Positions 1 to 10,879 are shown, numbered from the stretch's first letter. The stretch is DNA of 54,791 nt from an uncultured Bacilli bacterium (GCA_944358875.1 CALVRZ010000003.1:1-54791), one strand, 5' to 3'. Translations and numbers: made by a program. The notes: a model not told the origin generated them from the sequence alone.

Positions 1-1
1 C

Positions 2-1588
2 CCTATTACATTCACCGACGATCATTCCTTCGTATACTTCACAACCAGGTTCAATAAACATCGTTCCACGATCTTCCAAATTACCAATCGCATAAGCTGT
101 TGCCTTGCCATTTTCCATTGAAACAAGAACTCCTAGCTTACGTTCCCCTACAGTCACATTTTCAATTGGCATATATTCTTTGAAAGTATGATTAATAATA
201 CCATACCCCTTTGTCATCGTCATAAAGTCAGTACTAAAACCAATTAAACCACGTGATGGAATAACATAATTAAGTCTAACCAAATTATTAACATTAGTCA
301 TATTTTCCATTCTTGCTCCACGTAATCCTAAAGCTTCGATAACATTACCAACATTCTCTTCCGGTACTTCAATTTGCACATCCTCATAAGGTTCACATTG
401 AACACCATCGATCTCTTTAATAATAACTTCAGGTTTAGATACTTGAAGCTCATATCCTTCTCTTCGCATATTTTCAATCAAAATACCTAAGTGTAATTCT
501 CCACGACCTGAAACCATCCAACTCTCATTACCTGATTGTTCAACTTTCAAACTAACATCCCTTTGTGTCTCTCTAAATAGACGATCGCCAATCTTAGAAG
601 CTGTAATAAATTTACCTTCTTTACCCGCGAAAGGACTATTATTAGTCATAAACGTCATTTTTAAAGTCGGTTCATCGATTCTTAAAATAGGTAATGCCTT
701 CTCCTTACCAACATTACAAACCGTTTCCCCAACTGAAATATCCATAAGACCTGCGATAGCAACAATGTCACCCGCTTTAGCACTTTCGATCTCAATTCTC
801 TTTAAACCAAGAAAACCAAATAACTTCTGAATTCTAAAATGCTTAATACTACCATCTAATCTAACACAAGAAACCATTTCATTAACTTTAACTTCTCCTG
901 CTTTAATAAGACCAATACCAATTCTACCAACAAACTCATTATAATCAAGTAAAGCTGGTTGAATTTGCAAATCACCATCCTCATCAACATCAGGCGCGGG
1001 TATCTCATCAATAATTAACTTAAACAAATCATCATAACTTTCTTGTTGCGTACTTACATCAGGATCCAAACTACAAGTACCATTTAATGCTGATACATAA
1101 GCAACTTTAAAATCAAGTTGTTCATCAGTAGCACCAAGTTCAATAAATAAATCAATAACTTCATCTAATACCTTATCTACTCTAGCCGTAGGTTTATCAA
1201 CTTTATTAATAACGACGATTGGTTTCACATTAGCTTCTAAAGCCTTCTTAAGAACAAATCTTGTCTGTGGCATTGTCCCTTCATAAGCATCGACTAATAA
1301 TAAAACACCATCGACCATATTCATAATTCTTTCAACTTCACCACCAAAATCAGCATGACCTGGCGTATCGAGAATATTAATCCGATAATCCCCATAATTA
1401 ATTGCTGTTGTCTTTGCCAAAATTGTAATACCACGTTCTCTTTCAATGGCATTAGAATCCATTGCTCTTTCTTCAACTTGTTCATTTTCTCTAAACGTAC
1501 CAGATTTCTTCAGTAATTGATCTACTAAGGTCGTCTTCCCATGATCGACATGGGCAATAATAGCTACATTTCTTATTTTTTTATCCAT
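2..1588 (-). CDS. typA: Translational GTPase TypA/BipA, runs off the left edge of the window
   Basis: Manual translation from ATG at 1588: MDKKIRNVAIIAHVDHGKTTLVDQLLKKSGTFRENEQVEERAMDSNAIERERGITILAK...DTPGHADFGGEVER. Absent from the ORF track because no stop lies inside the window. Confidence 0.96.
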   Translation of the reverse strand, partial: MDKKIRNVAIIAHVDHGKTTLVDQLLKKSGTFRENEQVEERAMDSNAIERERGITILAKTTAINYGDYRINILDTPGHADFGGEVERIMNMVDGVLLLVDAYEGTMPQTRFVLKKALEANVKPIVVINKVDKPTARVDKVLDEVIDLFIELGATDEQLDFKVAYVSALNGTCSLDPDVSTQQESYDDLFKLIIDEIPAPDVDEDGDLQIQPALLDYNEFVGRIGIGLIKAGEVKVNEMVSCVRLDGSIKHFRIQKLFGFLGLKRIEIESAKAGDIVAIAGLMDISVGETVCNVGKEKALPILRIDEPTLKMTFMTNNSPFAGKEGKFITASKIGDRLFRETQRDVSLKVEQSGNESWMVSGRGELHLGILIENMRREGYELQVSKPEVIIKEIDGVQCEPYEDVQIEVPEENVGNVIEALGLRGARMENMTNVNNLVRLNYVIPSRGLIGFSTDFMTMTKGYGIINHTFKEYMPIENVTVGERKLGVLVSMENGKATAYAIGNLEDRGTMFIEPGCEVYEGMIVGECNR

Positions 1589-1650
1589 GATTACTCACCT
1601 CTTTTTAAACGTACCGCTTAATTATATCACAATTTAAAAAAAAATACAAA

Positions 1651-1677
1651 AAAAGTTAAAGCCGAAGCTCTAACTTT
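1651..1677 (-). terminator. Intrinsic terminator after the surface-protein gene
   Basis: Minus strand AAAGTTAGAGC-TTCG-GCTTTAACTTTT followed by a T run; UUCG loop. Confidence 0.7.
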
Positions 1678-1696
1678 ACTAAAATCGATTAATAAA

Positions 1697-3238
1697 CTAC
1701 ATACTCATTGTTTTAATATAAAGTTTTTTGAAGCAAACACTAGCTGCTGCTAATCCTAAAATTAAAGCAACAATACTAATAATAATGCCATCATATGTTT
1801 CTGGATTAGTTTCATCATTTGGAGTTGATGTTGTTGTTTCACCAATTACATAGTTACCATTTTCATCTTGAACTAATGAAAGATTAGCACTAATATATTC
1901 AGATACATCACTACTAAATGTACCACCTGTAATTACTTCTTTATCAGTATATTCATTAATAGCAACACTATTCATATTATTAGGACTTACAAAACTACCT
2001 CCAGTTATAGCTATTGAATTAACATATGACTTACTAGCAGCAGGTACATCTCCATTTACTGCAATACCTTCATAGAAAGCATTACCTCTTTCACTTTGCA
2101 TTAAGCCACCATTAATAGCTATTGAAACACCACCATTATATTCATCGCTAGTAGTAATACTAATTGCAGCACCAGTATCATCTGTTCCATCATTTCTAAA
2201 ATTAGCAGGATCCTTATATTCACCAGTTGCTACGATCATACCACCATCAATAGTAATATTTCCTTCTTTAATAGCAATTGCGGTCTCTCCTGTTATATTA
2301 GGAGTCGTATTTTTAGTACCAATAACTAAGATACCTTCTTGACTATGTTGAATAGCTACAGCATGACCATTGACAAGTTGGTTGCCATCTTTATTGGCTT
2401 TAACAGTACCATCATAAATATAAATTTCCGTATTTTCTGTTCCATCTTTTGTATTTTGTAAAATACCAGATGAAGCAGCTAAAATAGTACCTCCATTCAT
2501 CGTTAAGACAGCCATACCACTTTGTCCATTACCATTAATTCTAACTCCATTATACGCTTTAATTTGACCACCATTGATAGTTAAATTAGCACCAGTTCCA
2601 TTACCTGGATTACCAATATCAACACCAGTAGAATCTTTAGAAGTAACAGGAGCACTAATCACACCACCATTTAAAGTAAATGAAGCATTGTTAGCAACAT
2701 TGTTACCCCATAACTTAACGGCTCTAACATTTTCAGCAGTACCAGTAGCTTTAATAGTACCACCATCCATAATAACACTAGCTTTAGAACCCTTATCACC
2801 ATCTACTGGACTAACTTGAATAACACGATCGACAGCCTCTAAAGTAATTTCATCGAAAGTTAATTCACCATTAGTAACTAAGATACCTCTATTAGTGCTA
2901 TTAGTGATACTACCAGCAGTAGCACTAGTATCAGTTAAAGTAAATTCACCACCAGTCTTATTAAATTCAAAAACATACTGATCACCATTCATCGTAATAT
3001 TATTACCATTTAAGTCAATTGTAAGATTTTTATTAACTACAACTTTACTAGTTAATGTAATAGCTTCATTTAACTTAATCGTACTTCCTTCTTCAACATT
3101 GGTAACAGCATCACTTAATGAAGTATAATCACATCCATCAGCACATACAGTTACTTCAGCAGCACTAACCATACCAGGTAATGCTACTACACCAATTACT
3201 CCAACTAAAACAAAACTTAAAATTTTTTTCATTTCCAT
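1697..3238 (-). CDS. Cell-surface protein, probable right-handed beta-helix, with C-terminal sorting signal
   Basis: Signal peptide (..VSA-AE), repeated IxGGxI/TxNGG motifs, and C-terminal NPETYD + hydrophobic helix + KK tail. Confidence 0.75.
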   Translation of the reverse strand: MEMKKILSFVLVGVIGVVALPGMVSAAEVTVCADGCDYTSLSDAVTNVEEGSTIKLNEAITLTSKVVVNKNLTIDLNGNNITMNGDQYVFEFNKTGGEFTLTDTSATAGSITNSTNRGILVTNGELTFDEITLEAVDRVIQVSPVDGDKGSKASVIMDGGTIKATGTAENVRAVKLWGNNVANNASFTLNGGVISAPVTSKDSTGVDIGNPGNGTGANLTINGGQIKAYNGVRINGNGQSGMAVLTMNGGTILAASSGILQNTKDGTENTEIYIYDGTVKANKDGNQLVNGHAVAIQHSQEGILVIGTKNTTPNITGETAIAIKEGNITIDGGMIVATGEYKDPANFRNDGTDDTGAAISITTSDEYNGGVSIAINGGLMQSERGNAFYEGIAVNGDVPAASKSYVNSIAITGGSFVSPNNMNSVAINEYTDKEVITGGTFSSDVSEYISANLSLVQDENGNYVIGETTTSTPNDETNPETYDGIIISIVALILGLAAASVCFKKLYIKTMSM

Positions 3239-3341
3239 ATCTCCTTTCTATTAATAGAATAACATATCAATTATCAACAGTCAATATCCAACATAAACTT
3301 AACAAAAAATAAACAAAAAGTGACAAGTAAATCACTCATCA

Positions 3342-3899
3342 CTATTTTCTTTTTATTTCCATAAATGTCATTAAATAAAGAATCGAACTAACAATAACAT
3401 ATACCCCAATTACTTTTAAATATATGTCAATACTAAATATAGGTTTAAATAACAATAAAACACCAATCAAATAAGAAACTAAAGAAATAATAAGATAAAA
3501 CCAATTATTCTTATATTCCTTATCTTTAAAGAATTTAACTAAAGTAACTGTTCCCATTACAAAAGCATATAACGAAAACATAATTGGTAAAAAGACTAGC
3601 AAAATCGTATAATAAACATAGATAAATAAAGCTAACCAAATTGCAATAACACCTATAATTAAATTAAAATAATTATCATATTTATAACTCTTACTAACCA
3701 AAAAACTAATTACTTCAATTACCCCAATAATAGCAAAAATACTAACTAATAAATAATTTATTGTTAAAAGAAAACTATCCGTAGCAAATAATAACATACA
3801 ACCAATTGCTACACTTAAAATAAAAGCTAACAAAAAACTAAAGCTACCTATTTTTTTATCTTCTTTAACAACTACCTGATTCTTGGACATTACATACAC
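3342..3899 (-). CDS. HdeD/DUF308-like membrane protein
   Basis: About six hydrophobic helices in a duplicated pattern. Confidence 0.6.
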   Translation of the reverse strand: MYVMSKNQVVVKEDKKIGSFSFLLAFILSVAIGCMLLFATDSFLLTINYLLVSIFAIIGVIEVISFLVSKSYKYDNYFNLIIGVIAIWLALFIYVYYTILLVFLPIMFSLYAFVMGTVTLVKFFKDKEYKNNWFYLIISLVSYLIGVLLLFKPIFSIDIYLKVIGVYVIVSSILYLMTFMEIKRK

Positions 3900-4557
3900 C
3901 TCCTACAACATTATTAATACCATCTAAATATATATTATAAAGTTCATCTCTTTGACTATCATTAAGACTAATACTAGGATCTTCTTGACTATCTACTGTC
4001 GATAAATGATATGAGACCACTTCCCCATCCTTAACAAATAATACCATTGGAACATATAGTCTCTTTTCCCCTAAATCAATAACTTCACCATTATCTAAAG
4101 TTATAGTATAAGGATCAAGAATATCATCTAATACCCCTAGTAAATCATCATATAAACGATCTCCTTCATTAGTAGTAACAATATTACCATCATCATCTAT
4201 CTCTTTAACATCTCTAATATTATAAGCATTAACATAATAAATAGTATCTAGTGAAGTACTAGAAGCAGCATCTAATAATACCGGTACAGCATTACGACAC
4301 CAAGGACAACTAGGATATCCAAAATAAATAACTCCTGTATCATTCTTAATAATATCAATAGCCTCTTCTAAGCTAATATATTTAATCATATTATCACTAT
4401 CAATATTCACTTCAAGATGACTATCATTTAATTCTTCATATTCTTGTTTAAATCTCTCACCATCACTCATACCTTTATTATTAAGTAAAAAGAATAGTAT
4501 GGCAATAACTAACGCTATAACAACAATAATACTTAATATAATAATATTCTTCTTCAT
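3865..4557 (-). CDS. Membrane-anchored thioredoxin-fold protein
   Basis: N-terminal anchor, YFGYPSCPWC (CxxC) and a later VP..LFVKDG motif. Confidence 0.8.
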   Translation of the reverse strand: MKKNIIILSIIVVIALVIAILFFLLNNKGMSDGERFKQEYEELNDSHLEVNIDSDNMIKYISLEEAIDIIKNDTGVIYFGYPSCPWCRNAVPVLLDAASSTSLDTIYYVNAYNIRDVKEIDDDGNIVTTNEGDRLYDDLLGVLDDILDPYTITLDNGEVIDLGEKRLYVPMVLFVKDGEVVSYHLSTVDSQEDPSISLNDSQRDELYNIYLDGINNVVGGVCNVQESGSC

Positions 4558-4633
4558 TTACTACCTTCTTTCCACTAACTAATATAATTATATATTATTT
4601 TAATATTTTCTTCAAGTATTAATCGCATAGCGT

Positions 4634-4669
4634 CAGGATAAACGCATAATTTCTCATGCGTTTATCCTG
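4634..4669. terminator. Perfect 14-bp inverted repeat after flavodoxin (terminator-like)
   Basis: CAGGATAAACGCAT-N8-ATGCGTTTATCCTG; no clear U tract. Confidence 0.55.
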
Positions 4670-4674
4670 CCAAA

Positions 4675-5142
4675 TTATTTTACCCAATCAATATATTCAT
4701 CATTATCTTCATAACCAGTTAACCTTTTACCACTAATAAAATTAATCATTGAATAAGCCTTCTTCAAATCTGTTAAACTACCATCGACTGAACTTCCACC
4801 ACTCGTAACAAAAACATATACTTTCTTTCCCTCTAAATTATTTTCTTCAATAAAAGTATTAATAATTCTAGGAGCCGTATACCACCAAACAGGAAATCCT
4901 ATTAAAACAATATCATATTCAGCAATATTACTTACTTTATCAATAATCTTAGGTCTACATGTCTTATCATTCATTTCTTTAGTTGATCTACTATTTTGAT
5001 CATTCCAATCTAAATCACTACTACTATAAGGCTTTTCAGGTTTAATCTCAAATAAATCTCCCTTTAATACTTCTGCTAACCTCGTTGCAACTCTTTTAGT
5101 AACACCACTGGCACTAAAATAACTAACTAAAATTTTATTCAT
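4675..5142 (-). CDS. Flavodoxin-like protein
   Basis: LVSYFSASGVT, IGFPVWW and FVTSGGS motifs. Confidence 0.9.
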   Translation of the reverse strand: MNKILVSYFSASGVTKRVATRLAEVLKGDLFEIKPEKPYSSSDLDWNDQNSRSTKEMNDKTCRPKIIDKVSNIAEYDIVLIGFPVWWYTAPRIINTFIEENNLEGKKVYVFVTSGGSSVDGSLTDLKKAYSMINFISGKRLTGYEDNDEYIDWVK

Positions 5143-5168
5143 ATCATTTTTCCTCCTTTATTTATTCC

Positions 5169-5199
5169 ATTATAAAACCTAAAGTTACCTTTAGGTCAA
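5169..5199 (-). promoter_or_regulatory. MerR-family (AdhR/NmlR-like) promoter-operator of the flavodoxin gene
   Basis: TTGACC(5199-5194)-19 bp-TATAAT(5174-5169) with a perfect dyad ACCTAAAG-N4-CTTTAGGT (5177-5196). Confidence 0.8.
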
Positions 5200-5387
5200 G
5201 TCTTTTTAAACATCTTTTTGATGATTAATCTTAATAAAACTATTAATTCTAATATACTCAATTTCTTCTAACATCTCATCAAATAAATCCTCAATTATAA
5301 TATGATTTGGCATCACTCTTCATCTCCTAATAATAAGTTACCACAAAATTAATATAATTACATTAGTTTCGACAAAACATGTCAAAA

Positions 5388-6158
5388 CTAGTTACCATTA
5401 GGCGTAACCATTCCTGAATTAACTCTAAAACCATTCGCATATATTTCAGGAATTTTACCTTGAATAACTTTCATAGCAATCGGAACAGTTGTACTAACCG
5501 TAATTTTATCAGATAGAAAAGGTAAATTAATCCGACTTTCTAAAGTTACATTAATTCCCACTTCAAGTAAAGCATTATTAATTCCATATTCTTTAACATT
5601 AGTTTCAACTCCTGTAACTACATCACCAATTAAATTAAGCCTAAGAGGTATTTTAGGGCCAATATTAGATAATAATGCATTACCCGTAACAGTACCTAAA
5701 GGAATTTCACAAATAATACCTTCCTTTAATAATTCCTGATCATACTCTTCTAATGTATTATCAGGAAGTTCTAATAAATCAATATTACCTTCTTCAATCG
5801 CTTTCAAATTAAGTTGAACTAGATTAGTTACCGTTGTTAATATTTTCGTTACTGTCACGGAATTAAAATCAATTAATTGAATCTCATCACTATCATTTTT
5901 CACAATTGTAAACAAATCATCCGTATTTAAACTATCACTAGCTACTTGCCTTGTAATAGCTTTATTAATAACTAATGTTGTAAGCTTTCTTGTCTCTGAT
6001 TCAGCATAAGCCATTAAAACTGGTAATATTTTTTTATCAAAATAAACTAAAAATAAAGAACTACATATCAAAGCCAATATTAAAATAAGAATAATAACTC
6101 TACTAAATTTCTTCTTTTTTCGCCCTTTAAGTCTTAATTTACCATTCATACCTATCAC
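5388..6158 (-). CDS. yunB: Sporulation protein YunB family
   Basis: N-terminal TM, IPLGTVTGNALLSNIGPKIP, EYGINNA and IQGKIPEIY motifs. Confidence 0.88.
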   Translation of the reverse strand: MIGMNGKLRLKGRKKKKFSRVIILILILALICSSLFLVYFDKKILPVLMAYAESETRKLTTLVINKAITRQVASDSLNTDDLFTIVKNDSDEIQLIDFNSVTVTKILTTVTNLVQLNLKAIEEGNIDLLELPDNTLEEYDQELLKEGIICEIPLGTVTGNALLSNIGPKIPLRLNLIGDVVTGVETNVKEYGINNALLEVGINVTLESRINLPFLSDKITVSTTVPIAMKVIQGKIPEIYANGFRVNSGMVTPNGN

Positions 6159-6237
6159 ATTAAATTATATGCAAATAAGCAAAATAATAAACAAAAAAAG
6201 CGAATCGCAATGATTCACCATATTGTTTTTTCAAATA

Positions 6238-8058
6238 TTATCTTTCCACAAAATACTCTTGATACCAAATCAAAAATGAATAAATTGTCCAAACCTTTCT
6301 ACTATTATCTTTCTTACCTTCTTTATGATCACTTAGTAATTTTAAGATATAATCTACATCAAAAAATTCACTACTTTTCTTAAATACATCTTCAATTTTC
6401 TTATAAATACTATCTTCTTTAATCCATTCTCTAATAGGAACCGGAAAACCTAATTTCTTTTTCTTAGCTACTTTATCTTCTAATACATCATTAGCCACTT
6501 TTCTAAAAGCATACTTTGTTTGACCATCTTTAATCTTATACTTAGTAGGTAAATGTCTTGCTTCATCAATCAAAATACGATCTAAATATGGAACTCTTAC
6601 TTCTAAAGAATTAGCCATACTCATCTTATCAGCTTTCAAAAGAATATCCCCGATTAACCAAAAATTAAAATCAATATATTGCATTTTGGTAACATCATCA
6701 TAATCCTTAATTTTATCATAATAATGTTTAGTTAAATCTTTATAAGTTTTACCACTTACTTCAAAATTAACCATTTTTTTAACTTCCTGAGGTTCGAACA
6801 TAAAAGCATTACCAACATATCTATCTTCTAATTTTCTACTTCTTCTATACAAGAAATTAAATCCCCGATGATGTCTAAAAGGATAAACTAAAATACCAAT
6901 AAATCTTCTAATAAAATAAGGAATCTTATAATACCAAGAAACAGAATAAGGTTCATGATAAATATTATATCCTCCAAATATTTCATCAGATCCTTCACCT
7001 GACAATGAAACTTTAACATGTTTAGATGCTAAATTAGCTACAAAATATAGAGCAATCGCTGAAGGATCTGCCAGTGGTTCATCCATATAATATTGGATTT
7101 CCGGAAATTTCTTAAAATATTCTTCTTTCGTAATTACTTTACTAATATTTTTAACCTTAATATTTTTAGATAAATCCTTTGCATAATCAATCTCGCTATA
7201 TCTCTTATCTTCAAATCCAACCGTAAAAGTCTTATCAACATCACTTAATGCTGCGATTAACGAAGAATCAACACCACTTGATAAAAAGGAACCAACTTCA
7301 ACATCACTTATCTTATGAGCTTTAATTGAATCATCAAGTAATTCTCTAATATCTTTAGTCCAATCTTCTAATGACTTATCGTTATTAGGACTAAATTCTA
7401 TTTCATAATATTTATCAATAGTAAGTTTATCATTCTTATATTTAAAATAATGACCAGGACGTAATTTATAAACATTCTTAAAGAAAGTATCTTCACCTAC
7501 ACTATATTGAAATGTCAAATACTGTTCTAACATATCACGATTAAGTTCTTTCTTAAAACTAGGATGTGCTAAAAAACTTTTAATTTCACTACCAAACATA
7601 AAACTATCTTTCATTAAAGCATAGTAAAAAGGTTTAATTCCATAAAAATCTCTTGCTCCAAATAACTCTTTATTCTTAATATCATAGATAACAAAAGCAA
7701 ACATACCTCTTAACATAGGAAGTAACTCTTCTTGATATTCTTCATAACCATGAAGCAATACTTCCGTATCTGTATTAGTACTAAATTTATGTCCTTTAGC
7801 TTCTAGATCTTCTCTTAAATATTTATAATTATATATTTCCCCATTAAAAAAAACTAATTTATCTTTCTTTTCATTATAAATAGGCTGACTACCATTACCT
7901 AAATCGATAATAGATAATCTTCTAAAGCCAATTGCTACATCTTCATCTGTATAATATCCATCACTATCAGGTCCACGATGTTTAATCAAATCAGCCATTT
8001 TTTTAATTGTTTTATCTTTATTCTTTGTCTTATCGACAAATCCCACAATTCCACACAT
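6238..8058 (-). CDS. asnB: Asparagine synthase (glutamine-hydrolysing)
   Basis: MCGI Ntn start, HRGPD, NGEIYN, LSSGVDSS, SGEGSDE, SLEVRVP. Confidence 0.95.
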   Translation of the reverse strand: MCGIVGFVDKTKNKDKTIKKMADLIKHRGPDSDGYYTDEDVAIGFRRLSIIDLGNGSQPIYNEKKDKLVFFNGEIYNYKYLREDLEAKGHKFSTNTDTEVLLHGYEEYQEELLPMLRGMFAFVIYDIKNKELFGARDFYGIKPFYYALMKDSFMFGSEIKSFLAHPSFKKELNRDMLEQYLTFQYSVGEDTFFKNVYKLRPGHYFKYKNDKLTIDKYYEIEFSPNNDKSLEDWTKDIRELLDDSIKAHKISDVEVGSFLSSGVDSSLIAALSDVDKTFTVGFEDKRYSEIDYAKDLSKNIKVKNISKVITKEEYFKKFPEIQYYMDEPLADPSAIALYFVANLASKHVKVSLSGEGSDEIFGGYNIYHEPYSVSWYYKIPYFIRRFIGILVYPFRHHRGFNFLYRRSRKLEDRYVGNAFMFEPQEVKKMVNFEVSGKTYKDLTKHYYDKIKDYDDVTKMQYIDFNFWLIGDILLKADKMSMANSLEVRVPYLDRILIDEARHLPTKYKIKDGQTKYAFRKVANDVLEDKVAKKKKLGFPVPIREWIKEDSIYKKIEDVFKKSSEFFDVDYILKLLSDHKEGKKDNSRKVWTIYSFLIWYQEYFVER

Positions 8059-8151
8059 AAACATACCTCATTTCTATATAAAATACATAATTAGTATACC
8101 ACCTATACGTAAAATTTAAAAGCCCCTTAACCAAAAATTAGTAAGAAATAA

Positions 8152-8646
8152 TCATCTTACTAATTTTTTAACATAACTTTTAGCTTTAACTTCTAATTCT
8201 TCAATTGTACCATCATTACTAATAATATCATCATAATCATATTCTAACACACTAGCATCTGATTTATTAGAAGTAATCTTTTCTACTCTTTTACTAGTAA
8301 TAAGTAAAGTTAAAGCATTAATCCTATCCACTACTTTTTTAATTTCTTCTGGCTCTCTAATATGAACAAACATAATATCATTATCACTTAATAAAAATTC
8401 GTTATATTTATTTTCTACGTAATTCGTAGGACCATTATTAAACATAATACTTATCTGTTTCAATTCCGAAAGAGCTCTTCTACTCTCATCACTCTTTTCA
8501 CCATTCCATCCTGTTTTATATAACAATTCTTTATAAGGATCAATTGAACTAACATTAACAACTCTAGCATAATTTCCCACTAGCGTAACAAAAGTATCTT
8601 TACCGACACCACCACTGCCATTAATAACAACAACTTTCTTATCCAT
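8152..8646 (-). CDS. P-loop deoxynucleotide-monophosphate kinase-like protein
   Basis: GSGGVGKDT Walker A, IREPEE and ISNDGTIEEL; overlaps thyX by 8 bp. Confidence 0.65.
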   Translation of the reverse strand: MDKKVVVINGSGGVGKDTFVTLVGNYARVVNVSSIDPYKELLYKTGWNGEKSDESRRALSELKQISIMFNNGPTNYVENKYNEFLLSDNDIMFVHIREPEEIKKVVDRINALTLLITSKRVEKITSNKSDASVLEYDYDDIISNDGTIEELEVKAKSYVKKLVR

Positions 8647-10066
8647 GATAACTATCCTTTCTTAAAGCTTTAACTTTACCACAACTTTCTCTTCCTTCAA
8701 AACACTTACCTATTATTTCACAAGTAGGACCTAAAATTGAACTATAAACATCACTTACTTTTCTAACTTCATCCCTCATCTCTTTAGCATTATTTTTAAT
8801 TTCCCATTGCGCTTTCTCACAAAGACGAAGTCTTAACATATGAACTAAAGTTGCTCCATCAATATTACTAGTAACATTAACCAAATTACCTGATAGTAAG
8901 AAATAAACTAAATCCTCATCTCTTACTCCCATCTTTTTAAAATAATCTCTAACTTCTATATTTCTCTTAAAAACATCTTTGAACATCACAAGTAACTTCT
9001 TATCTTCTTCTATCTTAGGAGGTATCTTATATTGACTAATGTCTGTTAGAGATGTAAATTCAGGAATAACCGGATCATGCGTTCTATGTCTCGTAAAATG
9101 TGTAAGAACCGCTAGTGAAAAAGGTAATTCAAATCTAAAATTAATACTCTTCAAAATATTATTATCCAAATTATTAAAAGAAGTATTATACAAATCTCTC
9201 ATTATTTCATATTTAAAATTTCCCTTCTTAATATAACAATTATAAACATAATTAGCATAGTCACTATTACATCCTAATTTCTTCATAATTAATGTCTTTA
9301 TTATAACATCATCAACATTATCTGTATGATCTAATAATTTAACCCTAGAAGTAACCCTATAATAACCATTATTAGGAATAACACTAAGTAATTTATCTTT
9401 AATCATATCACTATCATTAACTTCTTCACTATCTATCTTCTTATCATAATAACTACTATAAGTATGAAGAATATCTCTTAATTTATTCCCTAATTCTTTT
9501 AATTCCCCTATCTTACTTAATCTTGTCTTCGTTAATTTAACTACTAAATCCTTAAGAACATGCGCATCACATCCCATAATAATATTACTATTAAACGAAT
9601 AAGGATTAACAAATCTAGCATCTTCAAGAATAATACCATTTTGAATTAATTTATCATAACTATCAAATAAATAATCCATATGTTTTCTATATTCATTCTT
9701 AAGCTCATCATTATTCTTAAGTAAATTACCATCTTCATCATGAAAATCCGAAACATAATAACCAGCATCTTTAAAATTAACATTTCTTCTTGACTTAATT
9801 GTAAAAGAAGCAATTCGCTCTTCAATTAACGTCTGTTCCACAATCGCTGATACATCTTTTAAAGCAATAACAAAATAATCATGATCACATATCGATTCAT
9901 GTCCCATCTTAATAATATTACTAATTAATTTAACATTTTTCTCATAATCACTATGATCATCATAACATTCCATAACATTACCATTAAATCTAGATAAATT
10001 ACCCGCGGTAGCCACTACTCTAGCCCTATCTTCGCGAGAAATATTATTTAAAACTCTAACTTCCAT
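8639..10066 (-). CDS. thyX: Double-length FAD-dependent thymidylate synthase
   Basis: GHESICDH, KSRR and EDARFVNP in the N half; HFTRHR, LRLCEKAQWEI and GPTC..GKCFEG in the C half. Confidence 0.85.
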   Translation of the reverse strand: MEVRVLNNISREDRARVVATAGNLSRFNGNVMECYDDHSDYEKNVKLISNIIKMGHESICDHDYFVIALKDVSAIVEQTLIEERIASFTIKSRRNVNFKDAGYYVSDFHDEDGNLLKNNDELKNEYRKHMDYLFDSYDKLIQNGIILEDARFVNPYSFNSNIIMGCDAHVLKDLVVKLTKTRLSKIGELKELGNKLRDILHTYSSYYDKKIDSEEVNDSDMIKDKLLSVIPNNGYYRVTSRVKLLDHTDNVDDVIIKTLIMKKLGCNSDYANYVYNCYIKKGNFKYEIMRDLYNTSFNNLDNNILKSINFRFELPFSLAVLTHFTRHRTHDPVIPEFTSLTDISQYKIPPKIEEDKKLLVMFKDVFKRNIEVRDYFKKMGVRDEDLVYFLLSGNLVNVTSNIDGATLVHMLRLRLCEKAQWEIKNNAKEMRDEVRKVSDVYSSILGPTCEIIGKCFEGRESCGKVKALRKDSYHG

Positions 10067-10182
10067 TTTTTAACCTTCTTTCTATTTAAAAGATAACATA
10101 AATTATTTACTATTACAACATTATTGACATTTTTTTGACATAACATAAAATATTGTGATATACTATTGCACATGAAAGAAGT

Positions 10183-10851
10183 GTGTATATGGAAGTATTT
10201 TTAACCTATTTTTTATTATTTATTATTTATTCCTTTCTCGGATGGCTAATCGAAAGTATCTTCTGTGCTTTCATCGATAAAAAATTCATCAATCGTGGTT
10301 TCTTAATTGGACCATATTGTCCTATCTATGGTGTTGGTGCTATTATCATGACTCTCTATTTAACCCAATATAAAGATAATCCTATAACCGTCTTTTTACT
10401 AGCTTCAATTCTCTGTAGTATCCTAGAATATCTAACAAGTTATATCATGGAAAAAATATTTAAAACTAGATGGTGGGACTATAGTAATCATAAATTCAAT
10501 TTAAATGGAAGAATATGTCTCAGTAATACTCTTGGTTTTGGTTTCCTAAGTTTAGTTGTCATCTATATCACTAATCCCTTTTTCTTCCATCTTATTGATA
10601 TTGTGCCAAATTTAGCAATGATCATCATAAGTATTATCATTTTTCTTATTTTTATAACCGATGTTGGTATATCCTTTAATATCATCTATAAAATCAAAAA
10701 AACAGCTGATTCCATCAAAACCATCCGTAAAGATAATACTGAAGAAATAAGTAAAAAAGTAAGAAAAATACTAAATACCAAAATATTTCAAAGAAGAATT
10801 ATCAATGCCTTTCCTAAATTAAAAATTCTACCAAGAAGAAAAAGCAAATAG
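10183..10851 (+). CDS. Putative ABC transporter permease family membrane protein
   Basis: YSFLGW..E, NRGFLIGPYCPIYG, RWWDYS and NLNGRICL motifs. Confidence 0.85.
   Translation: MYMEVFLTYFLLFIIYSFLGWLIESIFCAFIDKKFINRGFLIGPYCPIYGVGAIIMTLYLTQYKDNPITVFLLASILCSILEYLTSYIMEKIFKTRWWDYSNHKFNLNGRICLSNTLGFGFLSLVVIYITNPFFFHLIDIVPNLAMIIISIIIFLIFITDVGISFNIIYKIKKTADSIKTIRKDNTEEISKKVRKILNTKIFQRRIINAFPKLKILPRRKSK
10629..10844 (+). repeat. Direct repeat A, copy 1 (3' end of the permease gene)
   Basis: Aligns to 12411-12626 at a constant offset of 1782. Confidence 0.9.
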
Positions 10852-10879
10852 AAGTATACATACTTCTATTTTTTGTAAT

